NCBI GenBank assembly: GCA_973895155.1
Contig: OZ316897.1
Span: 5,467,227 to 5,531,226, forward strand
Reading direction: 5' to 3'
DNA: 64,000 nucleotides
Source: Marsupella aquatica
Lineage: Eukaryota; Plantae; Marchantiophyta
Shown here: positions 1 through 11,363 of the stretch, one piece after another
Position numbering within the stretch: the first letter of the stretch is position 1
How the letters are laid out: the number at the start of each line of letters is the position of its first letter
Notes under the pieces: generated by a model
Database searches by the model: none
The model's input: the letters and a program-made list of their open reading frames with translations, nothing else
What the model was told of the DNA's origin: nothing
Translations under genes and position numbers: made by a program

Positions 1-3000
1 CCATGTCTTTTCCGCAATCTCAACAAACTCTTTTCGGTTTTCTATACCAAGAATAAAACGTCCACAATAGCCACCAGCAACAAATGTACTTCTCGAACCC
101 ACAGTCCAGTCCATGACAATGTCACCCGGACGAGTGATTAACTCTAACACAGATTGCATGAACCCAACGGACAAGCGTCCATTGCCAGCAAACGCTGCTG
201 AAGGAGTTGGATCCTTCTTCACACTCGGGAGACCAATAAGGTTAGTGATAGAAGGATCTTCAGTTGCAGAGAGGGGTCGAAACTTGGGGTCCTTTGGAAC
301 CTTAACCTTTGACAAAACACGACTGAACAGATCCAATCTCAATGTGAAAACCTATGAAATCCCAACAAAGTCCATTGTTAAGATGCCGACGATCCAACCA
401 GAAAATCATTCAAATCACGGCATAACAATGAAATTTGGATAGCGCCAGGCGCTAACAAAGAATATCCCCTTAACTGAAGGGTAATGAAAACATTTTTAGC
501 TAGCGCTCGGCGCTAACAAAGGACAGCACGAAGAGTGAGAGAATTTACCTGGCAATCACTTCGGGCCATGTACATTGGAACTCCCATAACCACGTTCAGG
601 GTTTTCACACACTGAAACTTTTGAGACTCCTGGCTCGCGGCAATGACCTGCGAGATCTGATCATACTCGCCAGTATGCAAAATGGCCAATATACCATCAT
701 CTGCTAGAAAGGGGTCCATTGCGCGAAAGAATGAACCAACAATTCTGTGATCTGGGGAATTCCATTTTGGAGACTTCTTCTCTAAAAGGGATGGACGCAG
801 TCCAGTTGGGAGGTAAACGAATCCAGCATCAACTCCAAATGATCTTATCTTTCCTCCTCTTATGACTCCTTTCTCCCTTAGACCAAGCAAGACTAGGTCT
901 TTCACCCACTTCTCCACATTTGACACCCAAGCTGGTTTCTGCTCTTTCGTGAACACACTCTCAAAGAAGTCCATTACACTGGACTCAACAAAAACATGCC
1001 TAGAAGTCTTAGACTTGAACTGTCCAACATCTCGTTGAACACCAGTAGAAGCGACCGAATCCCGAGAGGAAAATCCATGATCCGAAGATTTCTTTTTCTT
1101 CTTCTTTGTGCTGGTGGCATCTGCAGGTCGCACCATCTTCTCCGTGTTGGGAGGAGTCTGTTCATCAGGGACATCTTGTTCCCCCGTATCAGCTTCAGAG
1201 ACTCTAGGAGTGACAGTCGTCTTTGCATCTTGTGTTTCTTCTCCATCCGATTTCCGTCCACCTAGAAAAAGATACAAAAGTTTCCAAGATTACGGTCCAC
1301 ATAACACTAGCGCCGGGCGCTAACCAAATTGCACTCTCGGGTGCTAACCAAATAGACAACTTGATCTGTAGCGCTTGTCAAAAAAATACAGAATGCCACT
1401 GGAAAACAACACAAGCGCCGGGCGCTAACCAAACTGCACAAAAATCAAGCAATAAAGGCACACCAACATATGTGGCGCTTAACAAAAAGTCACCTAAATA
1501 TCCAAACTAGTGAAGAGAAAATACTGAATGCCAATGAAAAATAGAAGAATCTCACATTTCTTCCTAGATCTCGTTGATGGGCTGGTTACTCCAGTGTCTA
1601 CTTTTGCTTTCGCCCTGGGTTTTCGACTCCTGTCTACATGCAAAACTTCTGTTTCGCAATGTTTCTGCAGCTCGCTCGCCAAGGCATCTACATCTTCCGA
1701 TAAACCTTGTTTCATTTCAGAGAGAACTTTCCGAGGCACTAAAGACTTTGATAATTTCATAAATGCATCCTTTTCAGCTTCATCGAAAGGGGTGTCCCAC
1801 TTATCTATGTCAAGATACCATGGACAGTGGGTTATCTCCCACAATGAAATTTCACGTGGTGGAACGTCCCCTTCGGCAGGGTACATTGAGTAAACTTCGC
1901 TCCAAGCATCCCCCTCTAGAACGGACCATTTCTGGAATGCAGGAGGGTAAGCCCAAAAATACTCTAGAGAACTGGTCTCCATGGCCATGTAGAAGCGATA
2001 CAGATATCTCTTGGCTCGCTTCTGGTTGCGAATGGTATAGTCTTCCTTGTCTCCGTACTTGGACTGCCAAATTGTGCTAAAAAACTTTGCCTTCACTGTT
2101 TCACCGTATGTCTTGAAATCATTGGTGATGTTCAAGACCAATGCTTCAAACGTCTCCACTCCTCCTAGCGTTAGACGATCAGCAAGTAGGATCGACTGGA
2201 CTTGCGAAAGAGATGTCTGTAACATTGCAATTGCAATTCCTTCCACCAAACTCCACATGTGCCATGTATGACACCACTGTTTAACAGGGTCATCATTCAC
2301 ACTCGGGGGATGGTAAAATTGTTTTCTGAGCTCGGGTGTACAGTGAGTGACAAGAAGAGTACAGCGCAGTTGTGGATCCAAGTAGGAGACAACAGTGAAT
2401 AGACGCGCGCGGTCCATTGTACATACTACAGAGTCCGGCTTCTTTTCTCGTTTGTTCCTCTCCGTAAGAATGTACATTTTTGCACAAGTTGACAGAAAAT
2501 CACCAAACTCTGGGCTTATCAGGGGGTAATCTTGGATGTCTTTATGCTCCACTCCTTCGTTGCCTCCTTCATCATGGCAGCATACCGCTTACCAGTCTCT
2601 TCAGATGACCACGGGCGACCTTGACTTGCCGCAGCAGCCAAGTCAAGCTTAAATTGAAGTGAATATGACTTAATCTTGTTTTCACACAAGATGTAAACCA
2701 ATGCTTCCAATGGCATCTGCTTGGTATACCAAGACCCCTTTCTTGTTTTGGCACGAACAGTTTGAAATCGCTTGAAGCTTTCGGGGTCGATGATCGGCTT
2801 GTAGGCCTCCAAGTCATGAGTTAAAATCCTATTGATTCTATCGGCATCGAGAATCCATGATGGTTCCACCACAGCTTGCCCTAACCTATAAGATATAATG
2901 GAAAATATTAGCGCCTGGCGCTAACTAACCTTGCAAAAATCAAGTGCAATCGACCAAATTCAATAGCGTTTATGCAACTTGAGGAATACTTACTGGTTCA

Positions 3001-3703
3001 CCGTGTGCATAGCCGCTTCAAGCTCAACTAGAGAACCTCGATCTCCCTTAAAAACAGTGCATTGAACACGCGGATGGTACTTGATATTGTCTGGATTCTC
3101 ATTTGTTACTTGGGTCCACGAGTAGAGTCGATGATTCCCGTCAAAAACACAGAACATCTTATCCTTCAGAATGTGGAAATCTGGATCAGTAGCACATTCT
3201 GCTTCAAACAAGTCGTTCTGGGCAACCCAAATAGCATCCCAGGTCTCCCGAATTTCAGGCGTGCAGAATTGAACGACTCCTTCTGAATCCGTGGGCTGGA
3301 CGTAAAACCGCATCCCAATTAAAGAGTTGTACCCAGAGCTCCGAAACGAATCCTTGAGCTTATCGATAGATGCACTATTTTTCTGCAAAGTCCGAACGAT
3401 TTCCATGTGAACAAGCCGACAAAGAGGGATATGCGGCGGCTCTTTCTTCTCCCCTCTGAAATCGACTCCAAACGACATTGCGTATTTCTCGATCACAGCA
3501 TCCATGGAGAGGACTCCCTCGCCCCCGTCCTCCATCACAAAATCTCCGTAAGACTCCATGATGCCTCGTTTTGGCTTTGGAATCGCCTGACTAATGTTTC
3601 GCAAAGAGTTCGACGCAGACGAACGAGTGACTCTCCGAGTATAAACTGATCCGGAGAATGAGGACTCAGATGTTTCAGAATGGCCAGGAGAATGATTCTC
3701 CAT
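1..3703 (-). pseudogene. ParB/Srx-like domain + beta-class N4C/N6A DNA methyltransferase-like fusion gene, copy A (multi-exon; 3' end outside window)
   Basis: Exons 3703-2994, 2885-1556, 1261-549 and 351-<1 are joined by GT-AG introns that keep the frame. Exon 1 has IPLCRL..VR..IDKLKDSF..SGY and FCVFDGNHRL (ParB N-terminal-like). Exon 3 has VDAGFVYLPTG and FLADDGILAIL. Exon 4 has LITRPGDIVMDWTVGSRSTFVAGGYCGRFILGIE (SAM-binding motif I region). One apparent frameshift near 2553. Confidence 0.75.
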
Positions 3704-4046
3704 GTTTGTTTAAGATGCATACACATGGGGAACCCGCACCGCAACGTGCTTCTTGCGTGATGCAACGTTTCTTGTGGTGCTGTACCGATATGGACGAATG
3801 ATTGACAACGATCCTAAACGTGCGCAGAGGTCGTTCTAACGATCAAGGAAGACACTATTGCGAAAAGATCTTATCTGATATACCCTGTGGCAGACCTACT
3901 AAAGGTTGACACTTGTCACATTTTAACTAGTTATAGGTACTCGTGAATATATTTATCCAAGAATTCGTTATAAATTGTAACGATAAACGGTCAAAGTTAC
4001 CGTTTAAAAAGACCGTTTATCTGAGTATTCTACTTCGATCTAATAT

Positions 4047-4646
4047 TAGCGCCTGGCGCTATTATTATGCGAGACTAAAATATATCTTAAAATGATGGAT
4101 TTTAATAATAGCGCCTGGCGCTAGTAACATTGTACTAAAAAATCAAGCGAATGAATGGACTAAAGCGTGAAAGATTTTGTAATAAACGGATTCTGTTTCT
4201 ATAAAGTTTACGAAAGTCCCAGGCGCTATTTTCTTTGTGTGTCAAATATGGCTCAAATGTATAGATTTCAATAATAGCGCCCGACGCTAGTAACGAGACA
4301 CATGAAAAATGGTATATGTTTGGACCCAAAATGTGTAAGTTTCTATAAATAATGTGCGAGTACATCTTGACAATTTTATGACTTTTATGATAGCGCCTGG
4401 CGCTATTATTATGATAGCTTGTAATCGTGCTCAAATGGATCGATTTTAATATTAGCAAAGGGTAATATTGTCGTCTGACATAAATAAGGGGGTATTTCCA
4501 AGGAAACACAATATATTTCCAAGCAAACCCGAAACCTGTCGTAGGATTTTAACCTGTGTCAGTAACCAAAATGGTCGATGATCTTTTCTTTTGTTGTTCA
4601 TTTTTGGGGCTATTTCAGATGTGGACAATGCTAGCGCCTGGCGCTA
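4047..4646. promoter_or_regulatory. Cluster of 15-bp palindromes TAGCGCCNGGCGCTA in the bidirectional intergenic region
   Basis: Copies at 4047, 4109, 4275 (1 mismatch), 4391 and 4632, plus a half-site at 4219, in AT-rich DNA between the two divergent ATGs. Regulatory role is inferred. Confidence 0.55.
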
Positions 4647-4885
4647 CTATATTACCCCGTTGGTTACAACGTCAAAACCATTAATTTAACAGTAACTTTC
4701 CGCATAATTGATGGTTTTGTCGTTTCTTGAATGGTAAGAAAATCCGTACCCAACGGATCCTATAACCGCTAGACGGCTCTTTCCTTTTGAGACTTGGATT
4801 TAGAAGAAACCCTCAACCATACAATCTAGATTGATCTTACCATGTATCATTATTTTATGTAGTCGGTTATCTTTGGGGAGTTAGA

Positions 4886-7800
4886 ATGTCTCGCATTATT
4901 GGAATAACGTGTCCGAATACAGGTGACGTTATGACGATCCCTGTGTCGATTTCCGAAACCAAGAAATGTGTTAGTGATAATTACCTGTGTGGAAGATTTG
5001 GGGTGACGAGAAAACATATTTTGAGTATCAGAACTTTGAACGATGGGCCCGCTCATTTTGATACTGAAGTGGAGGACGTTGTTTGGAATCTCGAATATGG
5101 TGTGGAGTACTTGATTTTCATTCAACTAAGGGACATCGTTCATGTCAAAGTGGAGAGGAACCAGGTCGCTCACGATGTGATTGACCTTACGTCTGACGCT
5201 GAATGCTCTGAGGGTTCTCCACCAATCTCAAGGGGCGGTGAGGTCAATAAGGAGGGCGGAAGTACCAGTTTGTTGACGCCCTAGGTACCCCCCGTATTGA
5301 TTCCGTCGGAGGAGTCTGATGATGGAGACACTCTAACTCGTCCTGTTCTGGTTGTGTATAGAAGAAGCGCACTTGATGCCTTGTTGAAGTCAACTGGAAA
5401 AAGTGAGTTAGCGCGCTTTGTTAGGTCCGAGGCATTCATTCACAAACAGGTTGAATGCTTACCTGTAGAGTACAATGGGAATGTCATATTTGAGCTTCCA
5501 CCTGTTCAAGGTGTTGGCTCGAAAGGGGATCGTCTGCGAAACATGGATCGATGCAAGGACTGCTACCTTTGGACTAGAATCCTTCCTACTTCTGCTAATG
5601 TCGTTCCGAAGAAGATGTGGGAGTTTGGGAAAGTAAGCTGTAGTGGTTCTCTCGAATGCTGAAATAGAGCATGTGAGTTTTACACCAGGAATCAAGTCAG
5701 AAACTGTAATGGATGGGATGGGACCCCCAAGCTCTCTGGTCAGCATTGTCCTGGGAGGTTTATCGATGCTGGAGGAATTGTTTGTCGCTATTGCCTTCAA
5801 GTTCCATTTTGTGTTGAGTCTTGTCCAGCAAAAATGTTTTATATGTACCCGCAAGTTTTGATCGAAAATGACACTGCAAAACACATGTCACGACTTGCAA
5901 TCCATATAGGAGTGCACAACCATCCATGTCGGAAGGTCTGGTCTAGAAGTGCTGAGAAAATAGCAATAGAAGAAATACGGAGACAGCATGAGAAGTCTCC
6001 TTCTTCTACACCGTGCGTTTTGAAAAATGAGATCACTGGATCTTTAATGGATGCCGTAGGTGAGTCTGTGGATGACATTTCAAAGCTAGAAGAATCAGAA
6101 ATCTGGAAATCACTTATGCTCGTTTCAATGCCTCAGAAGTTTTCTGCGTTATTTAAGAGCGTTCGCAAAGATCAGGTTGGTGGAGGTGATTTGGAATATC
6201 TGGTTCGCATGCAGAAGAATGTTACGTTTCCATTTCTCCAAAGATATCTTCTTCTTGGGCAGGGCTGTAAAGGTGATAGAGCGCATATTTCAAAATGACT
6301 ATCAAAGGTCATGGATCGGGAGTAGATTTACTGCGTCAGATGAAAAAAGGGGGGCCTCTAGAAGGAGCATGGGTGAGCTTTGACATGATGAAAAGGATGT
6401 CGAAAGAATGGAGTACTTTTAGTGCACATGTGTATGACCATAACTATCGAGCTTTGTGCACAATATTTACTTGTGAACTCAAAGCAGAGGACACTGCATC
6501 GCTTGAGAAAGCTTGGAGGTTGATGATCGAAGTCGCTTTGGAGAACGGTTTAAACGGTGTGGAAATCCATGGTTTCATGGCGGATAACGCTCAGGCGGGA
6601 TGGATAGCGGTTAGGAATGTCTTCTTTGACGGCCATCCAAACCCGGAGAGAGAGCGATTGGATGCATTCCACTTTTATCAGTCTTTGCATCGGCACTCTA
6701 TCGAAGGAGTACTTGAAGAAAAACGTGTTGAACATAGAATCCTTTGGGACAAGTTGCGGAATGCCGCTTCATTTGTGGAAGCCTACAGGGTTTCACGAGA
6801 GATTGATTCATGGTGGAGATCTGGAAATTGTATTCCTGGGAAACTTAGAATGTTGCAAGGATGGATCGCATGGTGGGTTGTGAGGTGGCGACAGTGGGGA
6901 AATTTCATACGTTTGGTGAGTCAATGTATACTAGCGCCTGGCGCTAGTATTAATATTCCTTCTGTAATTGTGATATTTACTGATGTTTTTGCCAGCGCCG
7001 GGCGCTAACGAATAGCTTGATAGCTTCTTCAATGTTCACAATGATTATGAAAACATTCATACCTTTCATCCGCCCATTTTGAAGTTCCGCTTTTTTATTC
7101 GATATATTTTACTGAATTTGACAAAACTCTTTTTCAGAGCAAAAGTGCACTTGAAGGGGGGATGATTCCCAATTGCACTGGTTCTGAAGCTGTTCACGGA
7201 ATCATGAAAGCATGGCAGGGAAAGAAAATAGTTGGTTTGTTCGAAGGATGTAAGACCGATCACAACAGAGCAATCTCACAAATAGCAGCCTATACAGCAT
7301 ATCATGAAGGGCTCCATCGGGGTACTGGTCCTACAGTGTTTGAATTGGCTTTTTGTTTGGCTGACCAGGCAGGGTCCCCGAAACTCTTCGAAGAAGCCTC
7401 TAATATGTTACTCGCAAATGCAGCAGAATTTGATTTGGAGAGGGATTCTCCGTTGAATGGGGATTTTGTGACGAAGTCTGTGAAAAGAAAAGGTCCGGCG
7501 ACCGGGAATGTCTCTCCACAAGACTCCCATCGACATGACACGGTTCTCATAACTACGCCAAACACCCGAGGTTGCAAGAGGAGAAATTTGACCTCAGCCG
7601 AGTTTGAGCACATTCCGATACTTAGAACTCCTCCTTCGAATCCAGTTATCGATTGGTCTGAAAGTGGCTCTCCAGTTTCCCATCATGTCACTCAATCTTC
7701 CGAAGTTCCAGAAAGTGTTTCGAACACCACTCCATTCATTCCTGTAGACACTTCACTTTTTGAAGTGGACCCTGTACCCGGGTCATGGCATTTGCAGAGA

Positions 7801-8631
7801 GTTTCCAGACACGGTGCTGGACCACAGTGTAATGGGACGTTGTCTGGAAGTTGTGATCGAGATGAGTGTCGTAATCGAATTAAGAAGGTCGGATATCCTT
7901 CAAATGCAGGGGTTGTCGGAATAGTCGTCAAAGGTTACCACTTATTCAGAGGTGAACACCATCCAGAGCTTGTCTGGTTCTGCCCCACTCGTGATTGCTG
8001 GAAGAGCCGCCCTCGTCGAGGTATTGTGAACCTTCCTACTTGCCCAGACTTTTTGCCAGTACAGAAAGGCACTCATCTTTCAAGTCTGGAGTTGAATTTC
8101 CTTAACGAGCAGGGCATTGAAGTCTCGAGAGGAGGTGCTATTTCACGTTGTCCTTCTCCATTTGAACTGAGAATCAACATTGACGTTTTCCCTGAAAAGA
8201 TCGATCTTGCACAAGTCAACATCCGTTTTCGAACAAGAAACGGGCGTGCGATGAGCTCCAGATCAAATCTCACTCAGGAATATCGTAAAAGGATTGAATC
8301 AGCAACGAAAGAAACAATGACTTTGATCAAAACTATGGAAGTTTCATCGGGAAATTCATACGGGAAACGATTCCAGATACGCACACATGCACATTTACAA
8401 ACTGCAAATACTTACTGGGTGCAGATTTGCATTTTCCCTTGTTGCTCTTGTGAAGATTTCTTTCATCGACATTCTCGAGGGAAACCTTTCATGCCATGTA
8501 AACACTTGTACTGGGTTTACAAAGTTATCTGCAAGCTTGATCCTATGGACAATATCCTCCCAAGCCAACCGATTCTTACCATTGCGGAACTGCGTTATAT
8601 TCTAGGGAGGCAGAATGCTGATGGTTTATAG
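4886..8631 (+). pseudogene. Mutator-like DDE transposase with GCM/WRKY-like Zn finger and SWIM domain, copy A
   Basis: One frame from 4886 to ~6290 with stops at 5282 (TAG) and 5660 (TGA), a frameshift at ~6290, and a phase-0 intron at 6916-7137. Motifs: CRYC..SCPAKM..HIGVHNHP; WVSFD (D1); FMADNAQAGWIAVRNVF (D2); AFHFYQ; NCTGSEAVHGIMK (E); CSCEDF..PCKH (SWIM). Confidence 0.8.
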
Positions 8632-9355
8632 GAAGGTTTAGTATTCTAGTTTACGTTCAACGGGTATGTAGGACTTGTCGTTTCGTAACGGTAACTTTGT
8701 TTTGGTTAGCGCCCGGCGCTAGTAAACAACCTTTGGTTGCTTTTCAACACGGCTCAATCTTTTGTGGGTTGCACAAAACACTTAATTTGTTTTTACAATT
8801 TTACGGATGTGTAAATTTCATTGTACGGGTAACGGAGATTTCTTTGTATTCAATCGTCACTTGGACTTCAATTTTGTTAGCGCCCGGCGCTAGACTTCAT
8901 TTCCTTACTTGGTTTCAGTTTGTAGTCTAGGTCTGAACGTGTGGATTTCTTTCGCATGCATTCTCGAGGATGACCTTTTCTTGCCTTAGAAACCGTTATA
9001 CTCTGATCATTCTGGTAGATGGTGAGCGGGTATTTTGTTAATGATATTTTGTAACGGTATCAAACGCTTGGTTAGGACTAAGCGCTAGTAAAGGCATCTT
9101 CCGATAATTGTCGTTTTCCCCATCTTTTTGAGTTGATGTTGAATTTGACTTCTTTGGTTTGGTCCAAAATTAAGCCGTTTTTTCTCAATGATAATACCAA
9201 TTCTCCTGTTTTGTTCAACTATTTTTCCTATTATGATCATCACTGTTTCCTGTTTCCTGTCACGGAGGTCGGGCCCGTGCTTGTCACCTATCCCGATCGT
9301 AGCCAGAAACGCGTAGTTTGCCCGAGGAGCCCCTAACTTTAAGTTCGCACGACAT

Positions 9356-9373
9356 TGGCGACCATACTGGGGA
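9356..9373 (+). other. Primer binding site TGGCGACCATACTGGGGA (Ogre/Tat-like, probably tRNA-Arg)
   Basis: Starts with TGG immediately after the LTR-terminal CA. Resembles the Ogre-type PBS. Confidence 0.6.
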
Positions 9374-9386
9374 TTCCTTGGGGTGA

Positions 9387-10646
9387 GTGGATGAGATGGG
9401 TGACTATGACGAAGTCGATCGGATATCGAGCATCGTCATGTCGATGATGAGAACCATAAGGAAGGAAGAGCTTGAGTCGGAAAGGGTGAACAAGGAAGCG
9501 AATAGAACTACTCAGTGTCTCCAAGAGGTTCTAAAGGAGAATGGGCAGTTCGATGGGAGAAATGTGACAAGCTACCTTAAGTCTTACTTGACAGAAGCAG
9601 TGGTCTACAAGTTGGATAAAGGGACGGCCGTGAAAGAGTTCATGGTGCTGGTTGAGAAGGAGTTGAGTTTGACAGTGCGGACCATCATTGAGTCAGCTGA
9701 GGGCTGGGATGACTTCGACCAGAAGATGAAAGAGGAGTTCCAAGCGAAGGATGCTGATCGGGTCACACAAGCTACCTTCTTGGATTGGGTGAATGACAGG
9801 AACAAGAAGCTGAAGGGGCCGCAAGAGCTCCTAAGGGAGTTCAAGAGAAGGGTGTCTCAGTTACCAAAGCGGGATGTGGGAATCATCGAGTTGCAGCGCT
9901 CAACGCTCTTCTTGAGGGCAGCCAATGAGGACCTTCGAGAGGAGCTTGAGAACGCGATGGAGCTGCTGGAACCTTCGAGAGTTACCTTGTCTAACGACTG
10001 GAACCAAGTTGAGAAAGCGGTGTCAAAAGTGAGCAATCGACACCGGCGGCGAGAGCTAGACAAGGAGGCTACCACTCTCAACCTAAGGCCACCGGAACCA
10101 ATATTGAGGAAAGGGAAGCGAGAACCAGCGAAGGATGAGATCAAACCATCGGTGGATGATCTCGCGGAAATGATGCAAAACCTGAAGATCTTGGCGGCGC
10201 ATGCGATCGAGAATCCAAAACCAAGGGTTACGAGTGCTCCCAAGAGGAAGCGAGAGATGCAGAGTTGGCCATGCATGTGGTGCGACAACAAAGAGCATGA
10301 CAAACGGGAGTGCCTAGACCTGAGGGAAGCTGCGGATAAAGGGCTGATCAAGTTCGTCGGTGAAGTTGGTCAGAAAAAGATATCATTTGCCGATACTGAG
10401 GAGCCGATTCCATTCAACTCCAACAAGGGAGGCATGAAGGCTTTGGCTGAGAAGCAAGTTGGAAAGCGAGTCGAAGAGGGGTCCTCTTTGCACCTGGAAG
10501 CGAATGTCTACAATGTGGAGTTGGATGGCCCCGTGACGGATATGGACAAGTTTTACAAGCGCTTGGCGGATCCGGTTCGAGAGAGATCCGGATGGAGTGA
10601 CCCGGTGCTGATCAATGCGATAACGGTTGAGGTTGGGGCTAGTTAG
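9387..10646 (+). CDS. gag: Gag with CCHC zinc knuckle
   Basis: FDGRNVTSYL motif and CMWCDNKEHDKREC knuckle. The frame breaks at 10646 and continues in fragments to 11339. Confidence 0.8.
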   Translation: MDEMGDYDEVDRISSIVMSMMRTIRKEELESERVNKEANRTTQCLQEVLKENGQFDGRNVTSYLKSYLTEAVVYKLDKGTAVKEFMVLVEKELSLTVRTIIESAEGWDDFDQKMKEEFQAKDADRVTQATFLDWVNDRNKKLKGPQELLREFKRRVSQLPKRDVGIIELQRSTLFLRAANEDLREELENAMELLEPSRVTLSNDWNQVEKAVSKVSNRHRRRELDKEATTLNLRPPEPILRKGKREPAKDEIKPSVDDLAEMMQNLKILAAHAIENPKPRVTSAPKRKREMQSWPCMWCDNKEHDKRECLDLREAADKGLIKFVGEVGQKKISFADTEEPIPFNSNKGGMKALAEKQVGKRVEEGSSLHLEANVYNVELDGPVTDMDKFYKRLADPVRERSGWSDPVLINAITVEVGAS

Positions 10647-11363
10647 GATGCCTCGGTTGAGTCAAAAGGGAAGAAAACTGACGAGGATGACACTCCGTCT
10701 CAATCAGGGGAATGAGAGAGGCAGGATACTCGAGACAAGGAAAGGAGGGTTAGGTTCAAAGAAGAGGAAATGAGCGAGAAAGAGCCGGAGAAAGGGAAAC
10801 CGATCAGGAAGGACCCGGGCTGGGTGCTTGGCGGGGACGTGGACCAGGCCATGTACCCGGAGGTTGTAGCTGAGAAGAGCCAACAGGCTCAAAGGTTTAC
10901 CAACGCCGAGTTCTTTGGCAGTATGAGGCGGGAGATCCAGGAAGCGATCTTGGAGAGATCCAAGAGGAAACGGATTTACAAAGAGGGCCCTCACACCTTG
11001 ATGGGGGAGGCTGGCGAGACGGAAATTGGGAGTTTCCGAACTTACACTGCTGGGGTGTGCATGGGTTCAGGTAGTAAGCTTACTGGCCCCGAAGAGTCAG
11101 ACTTGGGGGAACCGAAGAGGGTCAAGTCCCTTGAAGAGGAGCTCATGAACTTGGATGATGAGTTCTTTGATGCAAAAGAGGAGCTCATGGGAACTGGAAG
11201 CGAAGCTGAGTCTGTGGCAAACAGGGACCCGACCGAAAGGGGAGAACGGGAAAGCATTACCGCGCAGTCGAGGACCATTCTTGTCATGGGCTCAATGAAA
11301 GGAAACGGTTATGCTTACCGAGATAGATACTGGGCTTGAGCGAGTCCGGAGAATGAGTGCCAG

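Larger units (their letters stand above)
1..9257. mobile_element. Mutator-like (MULE) DNA transposon, copy A (left end outside window; right end cut by Gypsy insertion)
   Basis: Divergent pair of genes: ParB-MTase-like gene (-) and DDE/SWIM transposase (+). Has 14 dispersed TAGCGCCNGGCGCTA palindromes. Subterminal GTTTCCTGT repeats at ~9203-9260 are the inverse of the ACAGGAAAC repeats at the left end of copy B (34720-34780). Confidence 0.75.

Noticed and set aside
113-442. Plus-strand ORFs over the MTase exons (also 37534-38049) and other antisense ORFs over long CDSs
   Set aside because: Shadow frames of the conserved opposite-strand genes.
1-3703. Bacterial contamination or a host DN4MT1 orthologue
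   Set aside because: The gene has GT-AG introns, lies among plant transposons in repeated element copies and lacks a canonical catalytic motif. No gene symbol is justified.
4482-4500. AAATAAGGGGGTATTT resembling the copy B terminus, implying a separate transposase-only element
   Set aside because: DNA left of it (4380-4415) is conserved upstream of transposase C and no subterminal repeat array follows. Treated as probable coincidence, though not excluded.
4047-4646. Palindromes as a CRISPR array or bacterial REP elements
   Set aside because: Only 15 bp, irregular spacing, located in spliceosomal introns, no cas genes, eukaryotic context.
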